A stretch of DNA of 64,000 bases from an uncultured Gemmatimonadaceae bacterium (GTDB lineage Bacteria > Gemmatimonadota > Gemmatimonadetes > Gemmatimonadales > Gemmatimonadaceae), in assembly GCA_963829055.1 (NCBI GenBank), contig CAWHHI010000006.1, positions 480,001 through 544,000 on the forward strand, given 5' to 3'. A model generated the notes under the pieces. That model made no database searches. It saw only the letters and a list, made by a program, of their open reading frames with translations, and was not told the origin of the DNA. Position numbers and translations under genes: made by a program. Numbering within the stretch: the first letter of the stretch is position 1; every line of letters starts with the position of its first letter. Below are positions 45,874 to 55,407 of the stretch, one piece after another.

Positions 45874-46082
45874 GCTCGTCGGCGAGCTGAGCGAATGGCG
45901 CCTACGTCAAGGCTCTCTGGCGCCGAACGGTACGTGTGCATGGCTCACGCGCACTGTCGTGCCTCTTCGAGAAGCTCGAGGGCTTTCTCGCGAGCAACCG
46001 TCCGCGCTGTGACAGGAACGCACGAATGTTGATCGCCAGGCGGAACACGGATGAGTCCGTGGCAGCAGCAAGAGTTTGCGAA

Positions 46083-46315
46083 CTGCGAACGGCATGACAG
46101 GATGGCCAGGATGGCCAGGATTTGCAGGTTGATTGGCGTAGGCGTCGAATATGCGGTCGCCAGGACCTCGTGATTCCTGTGATGCAACTCAGGGAGAGTA
46201 GCATCTCGAGCGGCTGTTCGCCGCATTCCCGGTTCGTTGCGCGAGCGAGCGTGGATGCCGACGATCTTCCTGTCAATCCTGCGCCATCCTGGCCATCCTG
46301 TCATGCAGTTCGCAG
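46083..46315. repeat. Inverted repeat of about 46 bp built from CAGGATGGC 9-mers
   Basis: 46083-46128 is the near reverse complement of 46269-46315. Confidence 0.8.
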
Positions 46316-46442
46316 GTCCTCGCCCCGGTCCGAGCCGAGCCACTCCTCGCCGCGAGCCGGAGCGTCGAGTACGTTCTTTCCTCCTCGGCGTACCGTCTGT
46401 ATCCGCACCTGTCTGCTGCCCGCACGCGATACCGGAGACTGA

Positions 46443-47754
46443 ATGAGCGGCGACGCTGCGCCCCCGACTGACGTAGGCATGCCGCTGACGGCCACCGCAG
46501 ACGACGCGGGGCTGTTCGGGTGGTGGCGCGTCGCCAGCACGTCGTCGCGACGCGCGCTCGTCGCCGCGGGACTCGGCTGGGCGCTCGACGCGTTCGACGT
46601 CATGCTGTTCTCGCTGACGCTCGCGGCGGTCATCGCCGATCTCGGCCTCACGAAGACGCAGGCGGGCGCGCTCGGGTCGATCACGTTGTTAGGCGGCGCG
46701 GCCGGTGGTCTCATCTTCGGCCACGTCGCCGATCGATTCGGGCGCACGCGTGCGTTGATGGCGAGCGTGTTGATCTACTCCGTGTTTACCGCGGCGTGCG
46801 GCCTGTCCCAGACGTTGTGGCAGTTCGCGATCTTCCGCGCGCTGCTCGGCCTCGGCATGGGCGGCGAGTGGGCCAGCGGCGCGGCGCTCGTCTCGGAGAC
46901 GTGGCCGGCGAAGCATTGCGGGCGCGCGTTAGGCTACATGCAGAGCGCCTGGGCCATCGGGTTTGCCGTGGCGGCCATGGTCGTCGGGTTCGTGCTGCCG
47001 CGGTACGGATGGCGCGTGGTGTTCTTCGTCGGGATCCTGCCCGCGTTTTTCACGCTGTGGGTGCGGCGAAACGTGGAAGAGCCCGACGTCTGGAAGGCGC
47101 ACCGCCGAGCGGTCGGTGCCGCCGGCGCGAGCGGCCGCACGGCTGGGCCGCTTCACCGACATCTTCAAAGGCAAGATGCTCGGCCTAACGAGCGCGGTGA
47201 CGTTCATGAACGCCTGCGCGCTGTTCGGCTGGTGGGGGCTCAACGGCTGGGTGCCCGCCTACCTGTCGCTGCCCGTCGCGCAGGGCGGTATCGGACTCGG
47301 CACCGAAACGATGTCGTGGTTCATCGTCGCGATGCAGGTCGGGATGTGGATCGGGTACGTCTCGTTCGGCTACATCACCGACGCGGTCGGCCGGAAGCGC
47401 GTGTACGTGACGTATCTCGTGATGGCGAGCCTGCTGTTGCCGCTCTACGGTTTCATGAAGGTCCCGCTCGTACTGCTGTTGCTCGGGCCGTTCGTGGCAT
47501 TCTTCGGTACCGGCTTCTTCAGCGGCTTCGGCGCTGTCACGGCCGAGATCTATCCCACATCCATTCGCGCCACGGCGCAGGGCTTCACGTACAACCTCGG
47601 CCGCATCGCGAGCGCAGCCGCGCCGTTCACCGTCGGGAAACTCGCGACGTCGCACGGCTTCAGCACGGCGTTTGCGGTGGCGGGTGCGGTGTACCTCCTC
47701 GGTGCACTGGCGTGGAGCTGGATACCCGAGACTCGCGGCCGAGAGCTGACGTAA
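46443..47754 (+). CDS. MFS transporter (frameshift near 47140)
   Basis: GWALDAFD, ADRFGRTR, GLGMGGEW, TDAVGRKR, AEIYPTSIRATAQG, IPETRG. Confidence 0.92.
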
Positions 47755-47917
47755 TCCTGACGGCTGCGTTAGGCATCGTGTCATATCCGTTGCCGTTGGT
47801 TGGATATCCATCATTCCGTCGATTGCAGCGCGCGGTGTTGTGACGGTTCCCGCCGCCGGGTGCCTCGCGCCGTCCGTTGCTCCCTGTCAGCAGCGAAGCA
47901 ATGAGCGCCAGAACTCG

Positions 47918-48353
47918 ATGAGCCGGCCTGCGGAAGATTGGCCTCCCATGACGAGTGGCATTGCAGCGGCCGCTCTCGTTGTCGTGGACCATACGCCGGC
48001 GATGCTCGCCTACTGGGATGACAGTCTGCGCTGTCGCTTCGCGAATGCCGCCTATCTCCAGTGGATGGGGAAGTCGCGCGAAGAGGCGTTGGGCGCACAT
48101 CGCCGACGTCACACCGATAAAAGCGTTGGAGGCATCGCTCCGAGAGGCGAACGCGGCACTGCAGCATTCACTGGATCAGATGCGCGAGCTGCGCGCGATC
48201 GTGCCCATCTGCGTGTACTGTAAGAGCGTGCGGACGGACGAGAACTACTGGCAGCAGGTCGAGACCTACATCCGCCGGTTCACGACCGCCCAGTTCTCGC
48301 ACGGGATCTGCCCGCAGTGCTACGAGAAGGCGGCACGGGAGCTGTTGCCATAG
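47918..48353 (+). pseudogene. Truncated PAS domain joined out of frame to a CxxC...CxxC C-terminal module
   Basis: MLAYWDDSLRCRFANAAY...EALG breaks near 48095; then PICVYCKSVR...FSHGICPQC. Confidence 0.6.
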
Positions 48354-48451
48354 CCGTGCCGCTGGCCCGGTGGGGCGGCCGACCACGTTAGGCGGTGGAC
48401 GGTACCCGCGGGGATAGTGACGGACGGTGGCGTTCGCTAGCTTGTCCCCTC

Positions 48452-49111
48452 ATGCCATTCACGCCAAGCCACACCATCCGGCTCGCCGCCTGCGCCGCAG
48501 CCTTTCACCTGCTCGCGGCGACTTCCGGGGCCGCTCAGCGCCTCACCGTCGCCGGCATGTTCTCGAGCACGACGCACGACCAGCTGAACCAACCGATCGG
48601 CGCGATGTTGTCGCTCATTACCGGGGGCGCCGGCAGCCGCGTCAACATCCTGGTCTCGATAAGCCGGCAGCAGCGCACGTCCGATGGGACCGGACAGGTC
48701 TGCGGAGGCCTCATCGACCCGAATAACTGCCCGGTGGAGTCATTCGAGGAAATGGGACGGCTCTCGCTCCTGGGTTTTGGCGCCGACGTTCACCTCGTGG
48801 GCTCCTCCGCGGTCGCGCTGTCCTTCCAGCCGCAGTTCCTCTGGGGACGTGCGCGGACGGAAACGGAAGGAGCCACTACTAGCAACCGGCTGTTTGCCGA
48901 GAAGGGGCAGCTCGGGTTCTCGGGAGGTCTCGAACTGCGGGCGTTTCCATTTCGCGACTTCCCGGTTGGCGTCGCACTTGGCGGCGCCTACAGCCGACTC
49001 GGCCCATCAAGCGGTGATGAGCCTCAGGACGCCTACACGCCGTTCGACCACTGGTACTCGGTGTGGACAGCGTACCTCGGCGCGACGCTCGGGTGGGGCA
49101 GGCGCAGGTAA
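48452..49111 (+). CDS. Hypothetical outer-membrane beta-barrel protein
   Basis: Signal peptide, alternating beta strands, aromatic residue near the C-terminus. Confidence 0.65.
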   Translation: MPFTPSHTIRLAACAAAFHLLAATSGAAQRLTVAGMFSSTTHDQLNQPIGAMLSLITGGAGSRVNILVSISRQQRTSDGTGQVCGGLIDPNNCPVESFEEMGRLSLLGFGADVHLVGSSAVALSFQPQFLWGRARTETEGATTSNRLFAEKGQLGFSGGLELRAFPFRDFPVGVALGGAYSRLGPSSGDEPQDAYTPFDHWYSVWTAYLGATLGWGRRR

Positions 49112-49184
49112 ACGGGCCGGAGGAAGGAGGCCTTAGGAAGGAGGAAGGAGGAGGGCGGACGGCGGATGGCGGAGGAAAGGCGGT

Positions 49185-49287
49185 GTCATCCCGAGCGCAG
49201 CGAGGGACCTTGTGTGATGTCATCGTAGCCGCCTAGCCACGAGTACTTCACAGGAGGTCCCTCGTCGCTGCCGCTCCTCGGGATGAC
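49185..49287. repeat. Palindromic intergenic repeat, family B, with purine-rich heptamer flank
   Basis: GTCATCCCGAGCGCAGCGAGGGACCT...GCCACGAGTACTTCACAG...AGGTCCCTCG...CTCGGGATGAC. Confidence 0.92.
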
Positions 49288-49443
49288 AGCGTGTTTGTTC
49301 CTCCTTACTACGGCCTCCTTCTTCGCACGGCTCCGTCTCGTTCGGCCTAGTAGCGGCAAGCCAGTTCGACGTTGTGGGTGCCGCAGCATTTCAAGCCGGG
49401 ACGTAAGGAACTGAGACGACGTTATTTCATGGGAGCGTGACGC

Positions 49444-49959
49444 GTGGCCAAGCGAAGTGGAGATTCGCGAGGGGGATGGGTCGGGTTGATGGGGTGGCTC
49501 GCGCTCTGCTTCGCGGCGGGCGGTGCAGGGGCGGTGGCGACCGTGGACGTCGTGCCGTTCTACGCGTCGCTCGTGAAGCCGCCGTGGGCGCCGCCGGCGT
49601 GGCTGTTCGCGCCGGCGTGGACGGTGCTCTACATCCTGATGGGCGTGGCGGCGTGGCTCGTGTGGCGCGAACGTGATCTCGACGAAACGCGGGCGCTGAG
49701 CCGCCGTCAGGGCCTCGTGCTGTTCGTCGTCCAACTCGTTCTCAACGCGCTGTGGACGTGGCTCTTCTTCCGCTGGCGCGTGGGTGGAGTAGCGATGGCC
49801 GAGCTGGTGCTGATGTGGATCACGGTCGCGATCGTCGCGAGGCTCTTCTCGCGCGTGAAGCCGATCGCGGCGTGGCTACTCGTGCCGTATCTGTGTTGGC
49901 TGATTTACGCGGGCGCGCTCAACTGGACGGTCTGGCGCGCGAACCCGGGCGTGTTCTAG
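49444..49959 (+). CDS. tspO: TspO/MBR family protein
   Basis: LVKPPWAPPAWLFAPAWTVLY, QLVLNALWTWLFF, LLVPYLCW. Confidence 0.93.
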   Translation: MAKRSGDSRGGWVGLMGWLALCFAAGGAGAVATVDVVPFYASLVKPPWAPPAWLFAPAWTVLYILMGVAAWLVWRERDLDETRALSRRQGLVLFVVQLVLNALWTWLFFRWRVGGVAMAELVLMWITVAIVARLFSRVKPIAAWLLVPYLCWLIYAGALNWTVWRANPGVF

Positions 49960-49987
49960 GGCGGACGGAGGGCGGAAGCGGACGGGT

Positions 49988-50137
49988 GTCATCCCGAGCG
50001 CGGGAGCCCGCGCAGCGGGCAGATGAGGGACCTTCTGTGAAGTCATCGTGGCCGGTCTTGCCACGAGTACTTCACAGAAGATCCCTCCCTTCGTCGCTGC
50101 GCTCCTCAGGGCAGGCTCCGGCGCTCCTCGGGCTGAC
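49988..50137. repeat. Palindromic intergenic repeat, family B
   Basis: GTCATCCCGAG...GAGGGACCTTCTGTGAAGT...ACTTCACAGAAGATCCCTC...CTCGGGCTGAC. Confidence 0.9.
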
Positions 50138-50143
50138 AGACGC

Positions 50144-50482
50144 CTACTTCCTCTCCGGGACTAGAACCCCGAGGCGATCGCCGCGGTGAACTTCGAGCGA
50201 GCCGGTGTCCTCCTCCGGCTGCCCCTGCGGATGCACGAAGAAATCGACGTTCCCCTCGAGCACGATCGGGTCAGCGACACGGAGTGTGGCGGTAGTTCCC
50301 GCGGGCACGACGCCCAGCTCGATCTCGCCGAAGCCGTCCTGCGCGTATACTCGCACGGGAACGTGCCGGTTGTTCTGGACTTGCACGAACGTCATGGCCG
50401 ACGAGTCAGGCACTGACGATTTGTGTTTCGGTGGCTTGGTCGACGCGAGCTGCGTCGCGAGTAGTGCGGCAATGATGAACAT
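50144..50482 (-). CDS. Small secreted hypothetical protein
   Basis: AGGAG RBS, signal-like N-terminus, beta-rich domain. Confidence 0.7.
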   Translation of the reverse strand: MFIIAALLATQLASTKPPKHKSSVPDSSAMTFVQVQNNRHVPVRVYAQDGFGEIELGVVPAGTTATLRVADPIVLEGNVDFFVHPQGQPEEDTGSLEVHRGDRLGVLVPERK

Positions 50483-50501
50483 GATGATCTCCTGGTTGTG
50501 T

Positions 50502-50640
50502 GTCATTCCGGGCGGAGTCTGTCATTCCGAGCGAGCGCAGCGAGTCGAGGAATCGAGCCTGGCGTCCCGGTAGAGGGCCCTCTACCATGTACAGTCGACG
50601 ATTCCTCGACTCCGCGCCTCGGCGCTCCGCTCGGAATGAC
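50502..50640. repeat. Palindromic intergenic repeat, family A
   Basis: GTCATTCCG x2...GGTAGAGGGCCCTCTACC...CTCGGAATGAC. Confidence 0.95.
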
Positions 50641-50644
50641 AACA

Positions 50645-51235
50645 CTATGGATGGAAGCCGACGCCGATCGTTAGGCCGACGTCGTTGCGAGTAGAATGCG
50701 TAGCATCGGCCGTCGGGGCAGCGTACGAGACGATGTTGTCCCGCGCCGCGAGGCGGATCGCCGAGCGTCCGAGCGCGACCTCCGTCCCGATCGCGGCGAA
50801 ACCCTCACCCCCCGTCCGGTCGTCGAGCTCGGACGTCGAGAACGAGTAGCGACGGATCCCACCGCCGACATCGGCGAATGGGCGCATGGCCCACCGACGC
50901 GTGTTGCCTCGCGCACCGCCGACCTCGAGTCCCACGCCAGCCTGATAGACGTTCGCGTGCGTGTCGGTCGGCAGCAGGCTGGTCGACGGATGTGACCAGC
51001 CGAAGTCGCCGAGCAAGTCGAGGTGCGTCCCGAGGGCGTAGTTGCCCTGTGCGCCGAGCAACAGCGCGGTATCGAAGTCGTCGCTCGCATTCCCTGTGGG
51101 AATCGATGCGCCAGCGTACGTCGCGAAATTGAAGCGCGGCACGTACGTCGGCGGTGCGTCCTGCGCGGGCAGAGAGGTGGCGAGCGCGAAGCAGGTCGCG
51201 CCGAGGAAGGCGAGGGTCGAGGTACGGTACTTCAT
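50645..51235 (-). CDS. Outer-membrane beta-barrel protein
   Basis: AGGAG RBS, signal peptide, RPFADVGGG, terminal GVGF. Confidence 0.75.
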   Translation of the reverse strand: MKYRTSTLAFLGATCFALATSLPAQDAPPTYVPRFNFATYAGASIPTGNASDDFDTALLLGAQGNYALGTHLDLLGDFGWSHPSTSLLPTDTHANVYQAGVGLEVGGARGNTRRWAMRPFADVGGGIRRYSFSTSELDDRTGGEGFAAIGTEVALGRSAIRLAARDNIVSYAAPTADATHSTRNDVGLTIGVGFHP

Positions 51236-51298
51236 GGAAATTCTCCTGTCGTCTGTTGTCGATGTTGGAGGTGATGCGATCGCGACACGGCGAGACCG

Positions 51299-52039
51299 CT
51301 ACATCGCGGTCTCGTGCAGCGTGGCGGTGACTGGCCCGCTCGGCGTGTCGATACTGGCTGTCACGTCATCCGGGCCGGCGTTCGGGCCTAACGTGAGCGC
51401 ATCCGTCGCGACACCGAATGCGTCCGTGGTAACGGTCGTCGCCGTGAGCGATCCGCTGGCGTCGTCCGAGAACGTGACGGTCACGTTAGGTACGGCGTTC
51501 CCGTACTGGTCGACGACCCTGACCGTCAGCGGCGACGAGAGCGCGCTTCCCGCCGCGGCACTCTGCGCGTCACCCGCAGTCACCATGATGGTCGCGGCGA
51601 CACCCGGCGCCGCGGTGGCGAGCACCAGTACTGGCGACAGGCTCCCGGCCTGAACGGCGAGCGTGTCCGTTCCGGCGACGGTGCCTAACGTCCAGTTCAC
51701 CGCCACCTGCCCGTTCGTGTCCGTCGTGAGCTGCGCGCTCGGAACGCTTCCGGACGCCGTGCCAAGCGTGAGGTTCACCGCCACTCCGGCCAGCGCCTTG
51801 CCGTTCTGATCGTTCACCTGCACCACCACCGGAGTGGCCAGCACGGCGCCGACCGTCCCACTCTGCGAGCCACCGCTCAGCACGGTCACAGCGCTGGCCG
51901 TCAGCGGCGCAGTCGAGTCGTCATTGTGGCACGCCGCGAGCCCCAGGACGGCCACGCACGCCGTCAGTATCCGTGAAGCACGGATACCCCGCCGTGCGGA
52001 GGGTGACCGGAGTGTCAATGAGCCGTTTAGGTCGGGCAT
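51299..52039 (-). CDS. Lipoprotein with bacterial Ig-like domains
   Basis: LAAC lipobox; VNDQNGKALAGVAV, TTDTNG, VVDQYGNAVPNVTVTF. Confidence 0.85.
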   Translation of the reverse strand: MPDLNGSLTLRSPSARRGIRASRILTACVAVLGLAACHNDDSTAPLTASAVTVLSGGSQSGTVGAVLATPVVVQVNDQNGKALAGVAVNLTLGTASGSVPSAQLTTDTNGQVAVNWTLGTVAGTDTLAVQAGSLSPVLVLATAAPGVAATIMVTAGDAQSAAAGSALSSPLTVRVVDQYGNAVPNVTVTFSDDASGSLTATTVTTDAFGVATDALTLGPNAGPDDVTASIDTPSGPVTATLHETAM

Positions 52040-52176
52040 GGTAGTCTCCTCGATATCAGCCTGTGATCGTCACCGGCACCTGGCGCCGGCGGAGCGCGTC
52101 GCGGAGTCGTTCTCGCGCGAGCCCCCGTACTCTGGAGGACAGAGCACAGCCGGGAGTCGTTAGGGCGCCGCGCAGG

Positions 52177-52195
52177 TCTTAACGAGTTCTCAATG
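52177..52195. promoter_or_regulatory. Candidate OmpR/KdpE-family tandem operator
   Basis: TCTTAACG and TCTCAATG with 11-bp period between divergent genes. Confidence 0.4.
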
Positions 52196-52250
52196 CCGTT
52201 CGCGTCGTTCGCGCTGCCCGCAGTGCCGTCCCGCACGGAGTGCTCGACTC

Positions 52251-52952
52251 ATGTCCTTCGTCGACTCGATTCTCGTCATCGAGGATGATCCATTGATCGC
52301 GGCCGTCGTTGCCGACGCGCTGCGTGGCACGGCACGCTCCGTCCGACGCGCGAGCACCGCCACCCAAGGCGTCGCTGCCGCACGCGATGAACCGCCCGGG
52401 CTCATCGTCCTCGACCTCGGCCTCCCGGACCTGGACGGCGTGAGCGTGTGCCGGAAGCTTCGCGACACCACGCGCGTTCCCATCGTCGTGCTCAGCGCGC
52501 GTCAGGCAGAGCGCGACAAGGTTCAACTGCTCAACGCGGGCGCGGACGACTACGTGACGAAGCCGTTCAGCACGCCGGAGCTCGTGGCCCGCGTGCAGGC
52601 GCAGCTCAGACGATCACAGCTCTATCAGACTGACTCGCCCGGTGTCATCCAGATCGGCGACCTGTCGATCGATCTCGCCCGACGCACCGCCGCGCGCAAC
52701 GGTCGCGACGTCGGCCTGACGCCGGTCGAGTGGCATCTGCTCCGCGTGCTCGCGACGAACGCGGGACGCACACTCACCCATCGACAACTATTCCATGCGG
52801 TGTGGGGCAACGTCTTCGGCGACGCGCAGCAGAATCTGCGCGTGCACATCACGCACTTGCGCCGGAAGATCGAGACGACGCCCGCGGCACCGTCGATCAT
52901 CGTGACGGAGCCGGGCGTAGGCTATCGCTGCGAGATCGCCGACCCATCATGA
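52251..52952 (+). CDS. OmpR-family response regulator, KdpE-like
   Basis: ILVIEDD, LDLGLPDLDG, GADDYVTKPF, LRRKIE, IVTEPGVGY. Confidence 0.92.
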   Translation: MSFVDSILVIEDDPLIAAVVADALRGTARSVRRASTATQGVAAARDEPPGLIVLDLGLPDLDGVSVCRKLRDTTRVPIVVLSARQAERDKVQLLNAGADDYVTKPFSTPELVARVQAQLRRSQLYQTDSPGVIQIGDLSIDLARRTAARNGRDVGLTPVEWHLLRVLATNAGRTLTHRQLFHAVWGNVFGDAQQNLRVHITHLRRKIETTPAAPSIIVTEPGVGYRCEIADPS

Positions 52953-54574
52953 CGACGAACGCAACTGGTCGCCGGACGTCACCTCGCTGGCTCCAGTGGG
53001 TACTGTGGCTCGGCGCCCTCGTCGTCGTGACGGCCGCACTCAGAGTAGTGCGCGGTCAGATGGAGCAGGTCCACGTCACGCTCGTCTACCTGCTGCTCGT
53101 ACTCGGCGCGAGCGCCAGCGGCGGGCGATCGATCGGTCTCGTGGTCGCCACGTTCGCCATCGCCGCGATCGACTTCTTCTTCCAGTCTCCGTACGACACG
53201 ATTGTCGTGCACGAGAATCTCGACTGGCTCGTGCTCCTGACCTTCTATCTCACGGCGATCGTCGCCACGAGTCTGCTCGCGCGGGCCCGCATCGAGGCGG
53301 ACAGGGCGTACCGTGGCACGATCGAAGCACGCGAGCTCGCGCAACTCGGCGCCCAGACGATGCGTCATGGCTCGCCGTCCGAGGCGCTGCAGGCAATCGC
53401 CGCGCTGTTTCGCGAGCGCCTCGACGCCGGGCGATGCGTCATTCGCGGATGGAACGCGGGATCGGGCCTGAACGGCGTGGCTCTCGACGTCTCCCGATCC
53501 GACGCGCCATCGCTGATGATCGACGAAGCGCTACTCGCGCGAAGCGGCACGACCGCGATGGGTTGGACGATCGATGGATGGGGGACCGCGGTGACCTGCG
53601 ATCCGGACGAGCTGGCGTCGCTGCCCGACAACGCACTCTCCGAAACACGTGCGATCGTCCTACCGCTTCGCCTGGAGCAGCGCACGGTCGGCGTGCTCGT
53701 CATCGCCGACGCCGGGCCGCTCAGGCTCGGCGGAGCGGAGCGACGATTTCTCACCGCGCTCGCGTACTACGCCGCGGTAGCGCTCGAGTGGCAGCGCCTT
53801 TCCGCGTCGGCCGCTCGCGCCGCCGCGGCGGCCGAGGCGAGTCGGATGAAGGAGCTCGTGCTGGTGTCGGCGTCGCACGATCTCCGCACGCCGCTCACGA
53901 CGATCAAGGCGCTGGCGGAGGGAGGGACGCTGGACGGTTCGGCGACCGGTCGCGCGATCGTGGAGCAGGTGGACCGCCTAACGCGTCTGGTGAGCGATGT
54001 CCTCGAGCTCTCGCGCCTCGATGGCACCGACGCGCCGCTCGAGATCGCGGTCAATACCGCTGAAGACCTCGTGGGCGGTGTCGTACGTCAGACGGCGGGC
54101 GTGCTCGACGGTCGTCGCCTCGACGTGGAGCTGACGCTCGAGCCGGCAGCGCTCGCCGGCCGCTTCGACTACGTGAGCTCACTCCGGATCCTGACGAACC
54201 TCATCGAGAACGCGGTGCGCTACACGGCGGCAGGAGACTCCGTGCAACTCCGAGTCACTGGCGACGCAGACTGGCTGGCGTTCACGGTGAGCGACCGCGG
54301 TCCCGGTGTGCCGGCGGCTGAGCGCGAGGCGATCTTCGAGCCGTTCTATCGGGCACCGTCGGCGACGGTCGATGCCGGGCGCGTCGGCCTTGGTCTGGCC
54401 ATCGCGCGACGACTGGCTGCTGCTCAGGGTGGGACGCTGGTCTACCACGCTCGCGAAGGTGGGGGAAGCACGTTCACTCTTCGACTACCACGTACCGAGC
54501 TGGCGGAAACGAGTGACGAGAGCGTGGAGCGTTACGCAGCATTGTCATCCCGACATCAGCGAGATCCTGTGTGA
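52949..54574 (+). CDS. Sensor histidine kinase, KdpD-like (DUF4118-GAF-HisKA-HATPase)
   Basis: Four TM helices with DFFFQSPY, SHDLRTPLTTI, NLIENA, DRGPG, GLGLAI. Confidence 0.9.
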   Translation: MTTNATGRRTSPRWLQWVLWLGALVVVTAALRVVRGQMEQVHVTLVYLLLVLGASASGGRSIGLVVATFAIAAIDFFFQSPYDTIVVHENLDWLVLLTFYLTAIVATSLLARARIEADRAYRGTIEARELAQLGAQTMRHGSPSEALQAIAALFRERLDAGRCVIRGWNAGSGLNGVALDVSRSDAPSLMIDEALLARSGTTAMGWTIDGWGTAVTCDPDELASLPDNALSETRAIVLPLRLEQRTVGVLVIADAGPLRLGGAERRFLTALAYYAAVALEWQRLSASAARAAAAAEASRMKELVLVSASHDLRTPLTTIKALAEGGTLDGSATGRAIVEQVDRLTRLVSDVLELSRLDGTDAPLEIAVNTAEDLVGGVVRQTAGVLDGRRLDVELTLEPAALAGRFDYVSSLRILTNLIENAVRYTAAGDSVQLRVTGDADWLAFTVSDRGPGVPAAEREAIFEPFYRAPSATVDAGRVGLGLAIARRLAAAQGGTLVYHAREGGGSTFTLRLPRTELAETSDESVERYAALSSRHQRDPV

Positions 54575-54643
54575 AGTCATGTAGCCGGCCTGGCCACGAG
54601 TACTTCACAGAAGGTCCCTCGTCGTTTCACTCCTCGGGATGAC
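54544..54643. repeat. Palindromic intergenic repeat, family B
   Basis: GTCATCCCGA...GTGAAGTCAT...GGCCACGAGTACTTCACAGAAGGTCCCTCG...CTCGGGATGAC. Confidence 0.88.
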
Positions 54644-54655
54644 ACCAACTGCCGA

Positions 54656-55180
54656 TCAGCGCCGATACGTCGTGATCGCCGAGTCGTCGAACCCGCGGCG
54701 ACTCGTGCCACGCGGCACGTCGTGCGTACTCGCATGCTCGGCCACGAGGATTCGTGAGAAGCCCGTGGACTTCCAGCTCGCGATGACGAGATCCAGCTGT
54801 CGCGACTCGTAGGGTGGGTCGACGAAGGCAATGTCGTACGCGTCCGCCTCGAGCGCCGCCGCGAACTGCACGGCGTCGCGCTTGAAGATGCGGGTGCGGT
54901 CGCGCATGCGGAGGGCGGCGACGTTCGCCCGCAGGGCGTGGAGACTCGAGGGACGGAACTCCACGAAGTCCGCCTTCGAGGCGCCACGCGACAGCGCCTC
55001 GAGCCCGAGTGCGCCCGTACCGGCGAACAGGTCGAGGACGCGAGCGTTAGGCAGGTCGGCGGCGAGGCTGTCCAGCACCGCCGCGCGGATGTGCTCCGCC
55101 GTTGGCCTGACTCTGAAGTCGGCTGGGGACGTGAGGTCCCGGCCCGCGAACTTGCCCCCGACGATCCGCAGCTTCGCACT
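54656..55180 (-). CDS. rsmD: RsmD family RNA methyltransferase (start approximate)
   Basis: LRIVGGKFAGR, RPT, VLDLFAGTGALGLEALSRGA, FVDPPY. Confidence 0.85.
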   Translation of the reverse strand, partial: SAKLRIVGGKFAGRDLTSPADFRVRPTAEHIRAAVLDSLAADLPNARVLDLFAGTGALGLEALSRGASKADFVEFRPSSLHALRANVAALRMRDRTRIFKRDAVQFAAALEADAYDIAFVDPPYESRQLDLVIASWKSTGFSRILVAEHASTHDVPRGTSRRGFDDSAITTYRR

Positions 55181-55407
55181 CCCTCGGTCGATGATCTGTC
55201 GCGCGGGGTGCCTTCGGTGGCACGTTTCCCGGCGCGTAAGGGGAATCTACGAGGCATCTCCGGGGAGGGAGAGCGCCCCGCGGGCCCGCCGAACGACGAC
55301 GTCGTCGAGCGCCGCAGCGCAAGATGGAGCAGTGCGACGCAGTCGGTGCCGAACTGCGAGGCCTGGCGTATCTTGGCGCTTCCCCAACGCGCCTCGATCA
55401 TCACGCC

